64,000 nucleotides of DNA from Candidatus Babeliales bacterium (GCA_963762115.1 CAVXJH010000005.1:1-64000); one strand, 5' to 3'; counted from the stretch's first letter, positions 18,398 through 29,878 are shown. Numbers and translations: made by a program. The notes: a model not told the origin generated them from the sequence alone.

Positions 18398-19534
18398 ATG
18401 TATATTAATTCATCTAATGGTCCAGCTTTGTCAGCCATATGCCCCAAATGTGGTATTGATGCTTATCGTATTATTGTTTCGCCATCCAATGGTTCAATAC
18501 ATCTTAGTAACTTTTGCGCAAAGTGTCATTACATTGGATCACTGCCTGAACCTCAACTAAATAAAATAGTGATCTATCTAGATCAATTTGTTGTTTCTGA
18601 GATAGAAAAAATAAAAGCTGGGAAAAAATTTCAAAAAGGCTTTGATAAATTATTTGATTTACTTTTGTCTCTTGCAAAACATCAATTAGCCATATTTCCT
18701 AGTTCAAACTTTCATGCCCACGAGACTCTCTATCTTTCTAATTCAAAACAAAGAGATTCTATGCAAACGATCTTGGAATTACTTGCTCGTGGAACAAGCT
18801 TCAAGGATCCTGATACAATTGTTAACATTGTATTAATACACCATTTACATAGAGCACAATTGCAAACTGATAAAATTTTGTATGGCGATCGAAATAGTTG
18901 GCATGCACCAGAATTCACTTGTATTTTGCCAATTGATTACAAGAATGGAAACTTCCGCGAAGACTTTCGTAACAATATTAACGCTTATTTTAAAAAAGGA
19001 AGTAAATCAACAGAAAACATCTTAGATGAAATTACTGGTGAATATTCAAAACATTGCATGAGGCATGATATACAAAAATTGTTTGAAGAAAAGAGTCATG
19101 ATATAAACTCGACACTCAAAAAGCTTGATATATTTCGAATAATAGCTGTACTTTTGCGAGAAATTACAAATGATTTTTCTAGAGGAGATCGCAAAAAAGG
19201 AATTAACAAGGGAATGGCATCAGACATTCTTATGATAGCTCATATATTGCCATACGTTGATGCTATCTTTTTGGATAATGACATGCATAATTTGTTACAT
19301 AAAAGCAATGAAGCCTATGTACCCATTGAATACAAACAACGGATATATTCAACAAAAGGAATAAATCAAAAGAATAATCTACAATCTTTCATTGAATTTT
19401 TGAATTATATAGAAAAAAATGATTTTGAGCATTCTTATTCCCCGTTTGTATTTCAACATTCGCAACTTGTTGAGGCTTATTATAGAAAGCCTGAAACCTC
19501 ATCGCCATTGTCTCTGCTTAAAAAGCAATTCTAA
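18398..19534 (+). CDS. Hypothetical protein with N-terminal CxxC/CxxC and PIN-like acidic motifs
   Basis: CPKC...CAKC, IYLDQFVVSEI, SDILMI..ILPYVDAIFLD. Confidence 0.65.
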   Translation: MYINSSNGPALSAICPKCGIDAYRIIVSPSNGSIHLSNFCAKCHYIGSLPEPQLNKIVIYLDQFVVSEIEKIKAGKKFQKGFDKLFDLLLSLAKHQLAIFPSSNFHAHETLYLSNSKQRDSMQTILELLARGTSFKDPDTIVNIVLIHHLHRAQLQTDKILYGDRNSWHAPEFTCILPIDYKNGNFREDFRNNINAYFKKGSKSTENILDEITGEYSKHCMRHDIQKLFEEKSHDINSTLKKLDIFRIIAVLLREITNDFSRGDRKKGINKGMASDILMIAHILPYVDAIFLDNDMHNLLHKSNEAYVPIEYKQRIYSTKGINQKNNLQSFIEFLNYIEKNDFEHSYSPFVFQHSQLVEAYYRKPETSSPLSLLKKQF

Positions 19535-19853
19535 TGCTATAAAAATTAATAGTTTCTGAATTTCTATTTTTGAACCACTTTTTTGCAAATTCTAAAATAA
19601 ACTGAGCATTTTCTAAATAATGGGCATCGGCCTCTAACACTGACAATTGTTCTCTTAAAAAAAACCTGCCTAGATGAAACAACATACCTTTCAAAACTCA
19701 AAATAAAATATGTTCAATACGATGAAAACTGCTTTATTGAGTTAAGCAAAGAATTACTTGATTGATATGAAATAGAAGACGATGACTACTATTTCCCGCC
19801 ATGTGAAATGCTCGATTCATATGCTGAAAGAAATAATATGAAAATATCAACAA

Positions 19854-20177
19854 TTACATAACTACTTCAGCAAAAATATTATGTGTTGATATCACAGTAA
19901 TTCCAGTGATGTTTTGATCTCCAAATGCCTTTTTTCCTGGAGTAACGCATTTATAATAAAATCCGTTTTCATACATATAATATACATATGATGAAGATCC
20001 ACGAGATCCCGGACTAACTTGTTTTTCAATTACTTTGACATGAGGAGTGGTGATTAAATAGTCCTTTATAATCTCATCAAAAGTATTTTCAGGGACTACA
20101 ACAACGACAGTTGCTTTTATTGGGACTGAAAAGCATACTAATCCTGCGAAAAATGTAATAAAAATCAATTTTCTCAT
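19854..20177 (-). CDS. Hypothetical secreted protein
   Basis: Signal peptide; AGGAG RBS. Confidence 0.6.
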   Translation of the reverse strand: MRKLIFITFFAGLVCFSVPIKATVVVVVPENTFDEIIKDYLITTPHVKVIEKQVSPGSRGSSSYVYYMYENGFYYKCVTPGKKAFGDQNITGITVISTHNIFAEVVM

Positions 20178-20691
20178 ATTGAATTCTCCTAATATATTTA
20201 ATAAATATTGATAATACTATCAATACAATTAGTATATTACAGATTGAATAATCAAAACAAGGGTTTGGTATTTGTTTTAAAGTTAACAACCTCGCAGCAT
20301 TTTCATTATCACAGCTTATTACTTCAACAAGAAGAAAAATTTGAAATGGCAATGTAATATTTTGTTGTTCCTTTGTTATGTCTGCTCTCCTATTTTGATT
20401 AGATTAAATATCCAATACCTTAAATCTAATCCCTTTCGGTTGCTTCACCAATATCTTTGCCAATAGATGAAGGGAATGCAATAACATGAGGATATAATCG
20501 TTGCTATCATGCTTGATGTGTTCAGAACCTTGCCTACTAATTTCATTTTCTTTAAATGCTTGCCCATCTATTCTTATGCAAAGATTCCATCTACAAACAC
20601 AACCATTTTGATCTTGACAATCGAATAATTTTAAGTTTTCTTATTAAATAAGATATTACTAAATGACAGGGTTAAGTCGGGAGACAAATAC

Positions 20692-21117
20692 ATGAAAAGA
20701 ACAGTGTATTATTTTTTTATAATAAATATTTTTATCTCATGTTTGACTATAGATGCAATTGAACTAAAAGAAATTCAAACCGAACTCATAAGTAGCAAAA
20801 GAGGATTAGAAGATATCAGAAAGGCACTTACTGACATAAGCTTGGATTTAAAACAAGATTTGGAAACATTTTGTGGTGACTTTTGTATTCAGCTTGATGG
20901 CGTGGATCAAAAATATAACCAATTAATTATTGATATTCAGGAATTTTTTAAGAATCTACAGAAACAGCCAAAAGAAGATCAATCTTCCTTACTAATTGCT
21001 AAAACAAGTGAAATGAACATAGTAATTTCAGAAGTGAAAAATGAGAGTAAGTCCTTGATAACAGCCTATCATCAATTGCTTGCAGAAAAAATTCCCCATT
21101 TAAATTCACGATTATAA
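20692..21117 (+). CDS. Secreted coiled-coil protein
   Basis: Signal peptide; heptad pattern; GGAG RBS. Confidence 0.65.
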   Translation: MKRTVYYFFIINIFISCLTIDAIELKEIQTELISSKRGLEDIRKALTDISLDLKQDLETFCGDFCIQLDGVDQKYNQLIIDIQEFFKNLQKQPKEDQSSLLIAKTSEMNIVISEVKNESKSLITAYHQLLAEKIPHLNSRL

Positions 21118-21151
21118 AAAAAAATTTTGATACTTTAAAAAAAAGGATGTA

Positions 21152-23029
21152 ATGAGCTACTATCAAAATACAAGATCTTTTATAGCAAAAGTATTTCTTT
21201 TTGTGGTGATAGTACTTGTATTAATGCTGTTTGACACACAAATTCAAGCTGAGCCTTGGCAAGATCTAATACAACCAAAGGGTTATTTAGTCAGATTATG
21301 GACCGCGGTAGGCACGCCACCAGGCCCCCCGCTCCCTACACCATCACTCACTCCTCCAGTGCCAGGCGTCAATAATATTTGTTATCAATGGGATACAACT
21401 GAAGTGCCCGGCGTAACTGATCCATTTGATAATGGTACATTGATTACTGAAATACAACCGACAGAATTGGTACATCTTGTTCGCGTATATAATGCTGCTG
21501 CCGGAAGCACCAAAGGTGGCGCTTGGATGATGTTTCCTCAATCTTTGCGTGGCCTTACCGCCGCACAAATCAGAGATGTCTTTGCTTTGCCTACCGTTCC
21601 TGATACTATCGTAACGGTTGATATTCCTCCTTCACAAACCATTTACCCAGAACCTGGTACAAAATATGGTCTTTGGACAGGAATTGCTGCACCTATTTGG
21701 CAAGGAACACCACCGCCTGGCTATTATTGGGGACATGGAGGAGCAGAGCAACTTCGTGTAATTGCTGATTTTAATGGAACAAATTACTTTCCTGGTTATA
21801 TATATGCATATGGCAATAGATATCACGATCAACCCATAGGATTACAAGCATTATCCTACAAACCATTGGCAGGCAACGGAAATGCATTAAGTGTTGCTAC
21901 TTATCTTGATGGATTTAATCCTACAACTTATAGCGATATATATAATGTATATACTAATCTTGATTACTTAAATTGGAACAATCCCAGCCTTAATACCAAT
22001 CAGGCTGAATATACGCGCTTTTTCCGTCAAGCATTACGCTCTATAAGCCCCGATCGCTATGAAGCTCTCTTATTCTTGGCCATGCGCAGTGCACTTCTTG
22101 TTGATAATGCTATCTTAGAACAACATCTGCATACTTGTCACTGCAATAAAAATTCCTGTGATGATACAACATGTTGTTTTAAACCAAATGGTCTTTGGAT
22201 TTATGGCATAGGAGAACGCGGCAATTTCAAAAAAAATTATTATCCTACAGGTTTTGATTATTATACAGCCGGTATTGCATGTTGTGCTGATTGGCAACCA
22301 TGTAACAATCTAATAGTCGGCATTGGTGCGGCGGGCTTGAGAGAGTCTCTTACTTGGCATCATGGTGGCGGCAAAGCACATGGCGGCAATGCCAAGCTCA
22401 GTGTCTATATACACTATGCTCCATCATGTTTTTTTATTGATGGCATAGTAAGCGGCGGTTGGCGTTGGACTTCGGCACGTCGTTCTATAGTATTTAATGC
22501 CATTGATTCTTTTACTGGACTTAACCGTTGGGCATATAGCCACCAAAAAGGTCGCGATTTTGAAGTGCATATGCAAACAGGTTTTGATTTTGTCAATGAA
22601 TGGTGGTCCATAATCCCCTTAGCACGACTTTCTTATTTTTCAAACAAGCAAAAGAAATTTAAAGAACATGGCGCAGATAGTTTAGATTTAAATGTTAATG
22701 GATTTAAGGCTGATACCCTTCGTGCATATGTTGGCACTGAACTTGAATATTCTTTCGAAACAGCATGCGTCTGCATAATGCCAAACATTCATGCAGCTTG
22801 GGCACGCGATATTGCGTTAAATAATCGCACTATAACAGCTAGCCTTAATGCAATTGGTGGTAGTTTTTCAGTGGATGGCGTGCAAATACTAGGAAACCGT
22901 GCAATTGTTGGAGCAGGACTTGATATACTATGCACAAATGGCATTATCACTTTTGTTCGTTATGACGGAGAATTTCGAAAACACTTTATTGCACATGCAT
23001 TAAAACTTGGGCTGACGTTACCTTTTTAG
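21152..23029 (+). CDS. Autotransporter (C-terminal beta-barrel) with Pro-rich N-terminus and putative enzymatic passenger
   Basis: Alternating beta strands, FKEHGADSLDLNV, terminal aromatic residue (LGLTLPF); signal peptide. Confidence 0.8.
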   Translation: MSYYQNTRSFIAKVFLFVVIVLVLMLFDTQIQAEPWQDLIQPKGYLVRLWTAVGTPPGPPLPTPSLTPPVPGVNNICYQWDTTEVPGVTDPFDNGTLITEIQPTELVHLVRVYNAAAGSTKGGAWMMFPQSLRGLTAAQIRDVFALPTVPDTIVTVDIPPSQTIYPEPGTKYGLWTGIAAPIWQGTPPPGYYWGHGGAEQLRVIADFNGTNYFPGYIYAYGNRYHDQPIGLQALSYKPLAGNGNALSVATYLDGFNPTTYSDIYNVYTNLDYLNWNNPSLNTNQAEYTRFFRQALRSISPDRYEALLFLAMRSALLVDNAILEQHLHTCHCNKNSCDDTTCCFKPNGLWIYGIGERGNFKKNYYPTGFDYYTAGIACCADWQPCNNLIVGIGAAGLRESLTWHHGGGKAHGGNAKLSVYIHYAPSCFFIDGIVSGGWRWTSARRSIVFNAIDSFTGLNRWAYSHQKGRDFEVHMQTGFDFVNEWWSIIPLARLSYFSNKQKKFKEHGADSLDLNVNGFKADTLRAYVGTELEYSFETACVCIMPNIHAAWARDIALNNRTITASLNAIGGSFSVDGVQILGNRAIVGAGLDILCTNGIITFVRYDGEFRKHFIAHALKLGLTLPF

Positions 23030-23211
23030 AGACTTTAGTATTTTTCTAGAGTAAGAGTAAATACTCGAAATACTGCCTAAATCTATTAAAACGTAAAATC
23101 AATGGCCAAAATATTGTCCATGAATATAATGCCTATGTTATTGAATTATATTTTTTATTATATTAGCATCTACCTATCAAAAAAATTAATACCTATCAAA
23201 AAAAGGTCTTC

Positions 23212-24483
23212 ATGAAGTTAAAAAAAATAGTTATTTTAATTACTTTCTCAACTCTTACTTGTCTCGTTGCAATGGAATCAGATTTGCCAAATTCTTCAAC
23301 AGAACAATTAGTAGCATTCGTTCTTCAAGAAGCTAAAGAAATTTTAGTAAAAAATCGTGCATTAGATAATAAGTATAATAATAGAGATCTCATCGGTGAT
23401 TTTTTTAAGCAAAATCCCCATTATAGTGCTCCTACAAAAACACAGGAACACTATAATAGTGTACAACAATCCTGCGATTCAAAAAAGGTAGCCATTATGG
23501 GAGCTGGACCAAGTGGGCTTATTGCAGCACTTGCATTAGCTCAAGACGGTCACCATGTCTGTGTCTACGAAAAACGATCAAAAGAAGAATTTGCTCAGCG
23601 ATGGCAAAATGTTTCCATTAATGTTCCTCTGCTCGTTCAAAATGAATTCCCAGAACTTGACGCATTTTTAAAAGAACAGCACCTTATTCAATTTGAGATG
23701 GAACTCGATAATCCTACTAAACTTCGTTCCTATCGAATTGCTGTGGGCGACTTTCAAAATGCCCTAGCGCATATATGTCAAAAACATCAAGTAGATATTC
23801 TTTACCAGAAAAAAACGCACTTAAAAGAAATTCATGATGCGCAAATAATCATTCTATCAACGGGAGCAGATACTCTTAAAAAACAAAAAAATCTTAAATT
23901 TAGAAAGAAATTTAACTTTAAAGATTTTCCTGAATATACAACTCATGGAGTTGCTGCCTTGCGATATGAACCAAAAACTGAACTTCTGCCGGGATTAAAG
24001 AAGGAACGAATATCAGGGGAGAATGTTAACTGGGGTTTTAAAGTTTCTTTAGTTGGCAATGGCGTACAATCGCAAGCAAAAAGATTAGCAACAATTAAAC
24101 CTACTGATACAAAATTTACCTTAGAATCAAGTAATCCTGCAATTTACTGGTATCTTTATGCTACAAAAAAAGATCAACCTACATCTATACCTTTTTCTGA
24201 TGCCACTGATGTTAGTTCCTTTGTCAATTTTATTCCAGCATTTGCTACAGAAGGGGCTATTTCTTATCAAGAAAAACCTATTATTCTTTGGGGAGATGCC
24301 AGAATAAGTCCTCATCCTCTCACAGGAGCAGCTCTAACAATCCCATTCATTTCTTCTAAAGCATTGTTAGAATTTGTAAGAAATTTTGATACGGATTCAT
24401 TAAGTTTTGAAAAATATAATAAACAAACAGGATCTTTGGCACAAGAATTATTTATTAAAACTCTTCTTGTAACGCTCTTTTAA
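23212..24483 (+). CDS. FAD-dependent oxidoreductase with signal peptide
   Basis: VAIMGAGPSGLIAA...VYEKR; LWGDA...HPLTG. Confidence 0.8.
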   Translation: MKLKKIVILITFSTLTCLVAMESDLPNSSTEQLVAFVLQEAKEILVKNRALDNKYNNRDLIGDFFKQNPHYSAPTKTQEHYNSVQQSCDSKKVAIMGAGPSGLIAALALAQDGHHVCVYEKRSKEEFAQRWQNVSINVPLLVQNEFPELDAFLKEQHLIQFEMELDNPTKLRSYRIAVGDFQNALAHICQKHQVDILYQKKTHLKEIHDAQIIILSTGADTLKKQKNLKFRKKFNFKDFPEYTTHGVAALRYEPKTELLPGLKKERISGENVNWGFKVSLVGNGVQSQAKRLATIKPTDTKFTLESSNPAIYWYLYATKKDQPTSIPFSDATDVSSFVNFIPAFATEGAISYQEKPIILWGDARISPHPLTGAALTIPFISSKALLEFVRNFDTDSLSFEKYNKQTGSLAQELFIKTLLVTLF

Positions 24484-24655
24484 TACTTTCTCCAAAAATA
24501 AAAATTAATTTTTTGGCAAAATAAGGCGAAGCCGACAAAAAACATTGTTAGTATTCATATTCTTACTTTGCATTGAAGTATTTAATCTTTTTACTTACAG
24601 TAATACACAGACAATTGTGCAATAATGATACATATAAAAATTGAAGGAGATCCTT

Positions 24656-25702
24656 ATGAAAATCTTTATGATCATCACCCTATTAATTATGAGCACCTAT
24701 CATACCTATAACTCTGCACAATTCGTTCTCTGCATAGATGGCGGCGGCTCAAAGACTGCATTGCAGGTAATCGACGATCGAGGCAATCTGCTTCCACTTA
24801 CTAAAACAGGTGAAACCACTGATACCATAAAATCAACTGGTTCTAACATTAATACAATTGGTTACGATGGCGTTAAAGAAAGTTTAAGTACCCTTTTTGA
24901 TGATCTTACCATAAACAATAGCCAAAAAGCACATGATATTTTAGCAACCTGTTACGTTATTGCAGGCATGGCTGGTGTTGGCGCCATCAATAATAAAAAT
25001 GCCGTAATTAAAATTTTTGAAGAGTTGGGTGTTCAGAAAGATCGTTTGTTATTGACTTCTGATGCAGCATTAGCATTACAACTTGTACCGGGCAACGGAG
25101 CTATTCTTATTGCAGGAACAGGGTCAATTTGTTTAGGAAAAAAAGATGATCAGCCATATCGTTCTGGTGGTTTAGGTCCTCTTTTTGGGGATGAAGGCAG
25201 CAGTTATTATATAGGACGTAAAGCACTAAAAGCAGCGTTAGCTGAAGAATATGGCTGGGGTGAGCAAGTAAGCTGGACCTCAGCATTACATGAGCTTTAT
25301 AATACACCTCAGTTAAAAAGTATTTTCAGTACATTAAGACCATCTCAAATAGCATGTGCAACTCCCATACTCATAGACAAAGCGCAAGAACAAGATGCTA
25401 AAGCTGTTGCAATCATTACTAAAGCTGCAGCACATTTGTGCACATTAGTAACCACGGTGATCAAGCTTGCAGATTTAAATGATGCTCAAGTACATCTCTG
25501 GGGCGGATTATTCAAAAGCAGCAAAAAAGATACTTTTATTGAAACAATCGAACAAGACCCTCTCATACAACAACATCGTATTACCCTGATTAATCAAGCT
25601 TCTCAAAATGCTGCTACACTTTTTGCACAACAGCATATAAGTAAAGCTTCTGAATCAGGAGCTGATTCATGGCAAGCAGCACAAAAATTATTTGCATCGT
25701 AA
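24656..25702 (+). CDS. BadF/BadG/BcrA/BcrD-family sugar kinase (GlcNAc/MurNAc kinase-like)
   Basis: IDGGGSKT, GMAG, SDA, IAGTGS, GDEGS. Confidence 0.85.
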   Translation: MKIFMIITLLIMSTYHTYNSAQFVLCIDGGGSKTALQVIDDRGNLLPLTKTGETTDTIKSTGSNINTIGYDGVKESLSTLFDDLTINNSQKAHDILATCYVIAGMAGVGAINNKNAVIKIFEELGVQKDRLLLTSDAALALQLVPGNGAILIAGTGSICLGKKDDQPYRSGGLGPLFGDEGSSYYIGRKALKAALAEEYGWGEQVSWTSALHELYNTPQLKSIFSTLRPSQIACATPILIDKAQEQDAKAVAIITKAAAHLCTLVTTVIKLADLNDAQVHLWGGLFKSSKKDTFIETIEQDPLIQQHRITLINQASQNAATLFAQQHISKASESGADSWQAAQKLFAS

Positions 25703-25750
25703 ACTGACAAACTTTTGCTTAAAGAAATACGATTGCAATCATGTGTTTTT

Positions 25751-25978
25751 TTAAATTATTTTTTTTATCTTTTTAAGGGCTGATCCTTTATGCATAGCTA
25801 AATGATCTGTTTTAGTACTTTCTATTAAATATTGAGGCTCTTCTTTTGAAGCATGGACTGTATAGCCTTTAAACGTAATCTCTGATGTAATTTTTTTTTT
25901 GATTTTACCTCGTACTTTTCCGGCTTCCGAATTCCATTCTACAAGATCACCAACGTTAAAATCTTTAGACATTATCAC
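25751..25978 (-). CDS. DUF2945 / HVA1-like small protein
   Basis: GDLVEWNSEAG...ASKEEPQYLIES.KT.HLAMHK..AL. Confidence 0.8.
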   Translation of the reverse strand: MIMSKDFNVGDLVEWNSEAGKVRGKIKKKITSEITFKGYTVHASKEEPQYLIESTKTDHLAMHKGSALKKIKKII

Positions 25979-26004
25979 CCTTCATATATATTGATAAAAT
26001 ATTG

Positions 26005-26547
26005 TTATGATAATTTTTTATCATCAGCTGGATACGTTATAGTTGTTCCTTGTACCACTGCCCAAGGGGTCAATGTATGAGGCTTAATTGATGTTATGCT
26101 ATAAATATCTTCAACTTTAATTCCTCGTACTAATAAAGCATCGCCAATCAAGGATCGATGACATCGCCAAGGAACAGCCTCGGCGCACATAATTACTACC
26201 GATTTTTTATGTGCAATTTTAATGAGTTCTTTTATGCCATCCTTAAATTCTTCTGTTTGCATATAATCGGCAAATCCACAGAATGAAGCATTATGCCAAG
26301 CCATATTAATCGAATCAGCATGGGCATGCCGCAAGCCACCCAAATTTTTTTGATGACGATAGCCAATATGATGGTTTCTTAAAACATGTGCTAATTCTTG
26401 ACCGTTAAACTGTGGATTATGACGTGATTTTGGGATTGTGCGAATATCAACAAGTTCAGTAATAGCATAATGCTTAAGTAACTTTAAAAAATCTTCTATT
26501 GATCTCGTTGAATGTCCAACAGTAAATATGCGCAAAACTTCTTCCAT
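26005..26547 (-). CDS. DUF488 family protein
   Basis: TVGHSTR, LVDIRTIPKSRHNPQFN, MCAEAVPWRCHRSLI. Confidence 0.9.
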   Translation of the reverse strand: MEEVLRIFTVGHSTRSIEDFLKLLKHYAITELVDIRTIPKSRHNPQFNGQELAHVLRNHHIGYRHQKNLGGLRHAHADSINMAWHNASFCGFADYMQTEEFKDGIKELIKIAHKKSVVIMCAEAVPWRCHRSLIGDALLVRGIKVEDIYSITSIKPHTLTPWAVVQGTTITYPADDKKLS

Positions 26548-26582
26548 AAAGCATCTATTTCTTTGCCATCAACTAAGAATGT

Positions 26583-27180
26583 TTAAAATGAGAATCCAAT
26601 ACCAGCCCTGAGATCAAAGCCGCCTACATCTATTTTTATATGACTTTGTTTTTGACGAGGAAAGAGATAGCGAAATGCACTCGTAAAATCAAAGCAATAC
26701 CAAAGAGGATACGTTAATCCAACCTCAACTTCACCAATTCCTTTCCAATGATGCACTTTGCCAAGATAACTTTTTTCTCTCATCCATGCAGCACCACCAC
26801 CTAATGAACCATAAAGCTGCAAACAACATTTAAGATCAATTATCCTGCGGATATAAACAGTAAGAGGCACTTCATGTAATGTCGTGTGTCTTTTAAAAAA
26901 TGTTGTTTTGCCAAATGCAAGCCAATAACTTATTTTTCCACCAACACCCCAATACTGCCAAGGGCAATCATAAAAAGGATAATAGCAAACATCTCCCGTT
27001 ATCACATTTCCCATGCCGCGACCGTATACTTCTTTAAAGAATCTATCATCATGCTTAAAAACATAACCAGCGGAAAAAGCGCTCGTAAAACGATCACACT
27101 GTTTTTCAGATACGCTTCCCAATGATATTGCAGGTCACAGAGAATAGTACTACACCAAGAGAAAAAAAGAGTATTTTCAT
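26583..27180 (-). pseudogene. Small outer-membrane beta-barrel protein with its signal peptide out of frame
   Basis: Barrel-like body ending GIGFSF (26583-27122); MKILFFSLGVVLFSV from ATG 27180 is 1 nt out of frame. Confidence 0.55.
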
Positions 27181-27209
27181 ATGTCGCTCTACTTTTTTAT
27201 TACACTAAT

Positions 27210-28337
27210 TTATTTCAACCACATTCTTTCAAGAATATTAAGAACACTCACCGTATTAGAAGTATAATTAGAAACATATGCATAAGCACCATTTGATGAT
27301 ATCGCAACCGCATCAGGAGATTGCCCAACTGCTAATATCGGCGGAATTACGGTATTTGTGGCAACGTCAATAATATTCACCGTTCCTTGTCCCGCTGTTA
27401 AACCAGTAAAGTTCGTGATATCTGAATACAAAGTATTATAATTAGTTGCATAGACATACCGACCATCCGGTGTAATAGCAATACCAGCTGGTTGTATTGC
27501 AAGATTGATAGTTGCAATTATTGTATTACTTTGTATAGCAACAACACTCACGGTGGTGCCTATTGGCGTAAAATTATTACTCCCAAAATTAGTTACATAC
27601 GCATAATGACCATCAGGTGTTATTGCAATGGCAAAGGGGCCAGAAAAGCCTGTAATTGTTTTAACCACCGTATTATCACTTGTTTGAATAACACTTATAG
27701 TGCCAGTTCCCGTATTACCATCAACATAATTAATAACATATACAAAAGCACCATCAGGCGTTATTGCCAATGAAGCAGGAGCAAGACCAACGGTTATTGT
27801 CCCAGCAATAGCATTCGTATTCAAATTCACCACACTTACTGTTGTCCCCGTACCACTTGATAGGCCAGCACCATAATTATTAACATATGCCGTATTGCCA
27901 GAAGGAGTTATAACCATACCCGATGGGCCATTAAAACCGCCAATCACACCCGCAACGGTATTCGTTGCTACATCTATGATAGTTATTGTTGTACTAACAC
28001 TATTCGTTACATATGCTTTTGTGCCCGCTGTATTCATAGTTACGGTATAAGGTTGACTAAAACTAGCATCACGAATAGTTGTCTCAAGCGTATTGTTCTT
28101 AAGATTTAACACACTTACTGTGTCTCCACCGATAAGCCCATAGTTATTATTATTTGCTACATAGGCAAAACTATTATCGGGAGTAAGTGCAATACCGGCC
28201 GGCGTAACACCAACATTGATAGTTGCAACAACGGTACCAGGCTTATTTTTAGAAGACGAACCTGCATGCACATTTACTGACATTACTAAGAATAAAAAAC
28301 TTAAAAAATAATATTTCTGTATTCTTTCTACCATCAT
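27210..28337 (-). CDS. YVTN/YncE beta-propeller repeat protein
   Basis: Repeated P.GIAITPDG..AYVTN...TVSV. Confidence 0.92.
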   Translation of the reverse strand: MMVERIQKYYFLSFLFLVMSVNVHAGSSSKNKPGTVVATINVGVTPAGIALTPDNSFAYVANNNNYGLIGGDTVSVLNLKNNTLETTIRDASFSQPYTVTMNTAGTKAYVTNSVSTTITIIDVATNTVAGVIGGFNGPSGMVITPSGNTAYVNNYGAGLSSGTGTTVSVVNLNTNAIAGTITVGLAPASLAITPDGAFVYVINYVDGNTGTGTISVIQTSDNTVVKTITGFSGPFAIAITPDGHYAYVTNFGSNNFTPIGTTVSVVAIQSNTIIATINLAIQPAGIAITPDGRYVYATNYNTLYSDITNFTGLTAGQGTVNIIDVATNTVIPPILAVGQSPDAVAISSNGAYAYVSNYTSNTVSVLNILERMWLK

Positions 28338-28398
28338 AACCTACCGGCAAGAATTGTATTACAAAGCTCGATTACCACAAACTATCATGCTTCTAGAT

Positions 28399-28791
28399 TC
28401 ATGCAGTAACATGTTGTAACATAGCAATAATTTTTTGTTGTTTTTGTTGCTGTGCATGCCATAAAGCATTTTTCCCTTGGGCATCAACACTACCAACATC
28501 AGCACCCATATCAAGAAGATATTTTACAATATCTGCCTGCCCTGCACGAATAGCAATTATAAGTGGCGTATATAAATGTGGGGAAAGTTGATAGTTGATA
28601 TGTGCACCATGCTTGAGAAGATCATCAATAATACCGGTGGTACCAAATTCCGCCGCAACAATAAGCGCTGTATGACCCTTGTCATCTTTAGCATTTACAA
28701 TCGCTTGATCATTCTTTATAGCTACTTTGACTTGTTCTAGCCGATGTTCTTTGATTGCTTTAAATAAATGGTGTAACTCTTTACTCATCAT
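28399..28791 (-). CDS. Ankyrin-repeat protein
   Basis: GHTALIVAA, TPLIIAI, GKNALWHA. Confidence 0.88.
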   Translation of the reverse strand: MMSKELHHLFKAIKEHRLEQVKVAIKNDQAIVNAKDDKGHTALIVAAEFGTTGIIDDLLKHGAHINYQLSPHLYTPLIIAIRAGQADIVKYLLDMGADVGSVDAQGKNALWHAQQQKQQKIIAMLQHVTA

Positions 28792-28902
28792 AAATCCTTT
28801 TTTAATATTGCCTCATTATTGTTACAATAATCATCAATTTTTCATGAAGAAGTCAACATATACGAATATGCATTAATCCTTTGAATAAAAAAATAATACA
28901 AT

Positions 28903-29799
28903 CTAAAAACTAATATTCCACGACGTCCAAAAGGTGATGATATATTTCTGACCAAAAATTTTTGGCTTATGATCAAAACCATAAGCGCCATAGAATAATA
29001 ATCTATTATACGTATGATCAAGCGAAAATTTATATTTATAAACACCATAAAAGTTACTGCGTAAATAGTTAGTTTTTTTTACAACATCATCAAGATGTGG
29101 ACGAATATGAGCACCAAATCGAGATCGCATCGTATACCCAAATTCTATGCCATATTGCGGTTGCCAGTTATTTTTATAAGCAAGAAGAATGTCACCAACA
29201 TTACCAAGCGTAAATTTATACTTGTTGTCTAAAGCATCACGTGCATTTCTTGGCACAAAATAAATATAACGTCCTCCATATATAAAATTACTATTTTTGG
29301 TCAATTCATACAAACCATCAACCTGCACACCAGTGCCAACTTGACTATAACCAAAATCAACATGCTCAAGCCGATAAATTCTATGCGTTGGAACACCAAA
29401 TAATGCTGATAACGTAATCACGTTACGCTCATTAAGTATAAAATTTCTTCCTGCGGTGAAAAGAATATCATCTGTTTCTGTGCCAGAAAAAGTTGTTATA
29501 TCCTGTTGTTTTTCATAAATATTTGAAACAGCACCATCAATTCTGAAATAATATGGTCTAAAATCATAAATAAATGAACTCAAACCGCCAGCAAAATTTT
29601 GAAAGGTACCATTATATTTTTTACGAAATTGATCAAAAAGAAGTACAACAATCACATGATCATGTTGTTTGTGATCAGATTGTATAGGCTGTTTAGTAAT
29701 TTGTGCAATTCGAAAGTTATAGACCATTGATATTGCAATAATGTCTGCAATATATACAACGCTAAACAATAACAACCATATATATATTGTGTATTTCAT
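28903..29799 (-). CDS. Putative outer-membrane beta-barrel protein
   Basis: Signal peptide; aromatic-rich amphipathic strands; terminal F. Confidence 0.6.
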   Translation of the reverse strand: MKYTIYIWLLLFSVVYIADIIAISMVYNFRIAQITKQPIQSDHKQHDHVIVVLLFDQFRKKYNGTFQNFAGGLSSFIYDFRPYYFRIDGAVSNIYEKQQDITTFSGTETDDILFTAGRNFILNERNVITLSALFGVPTHRIYRLEHVDFGYSQVGTGVQVDGLYELTKNSNFIYGGRYIYFVPRNARDALDNKYKFTLGNVGDILLAYKNNWQPQYGIEFGYTMRSRFGAHIRPHLDDVVKKTNYLRSNFYGVYKYKFSLDHTYNRLLFYGAYGFDHKPKIFGQKYIITFWTSWNISF

Positions 29800-29878
29800 T
29801 ACTTTTATCCTACTTTATAACTAATCTCCTAATAACTAAATAATGTTATTGTACTCAAAATAATCAAGTGAGCAAAAA

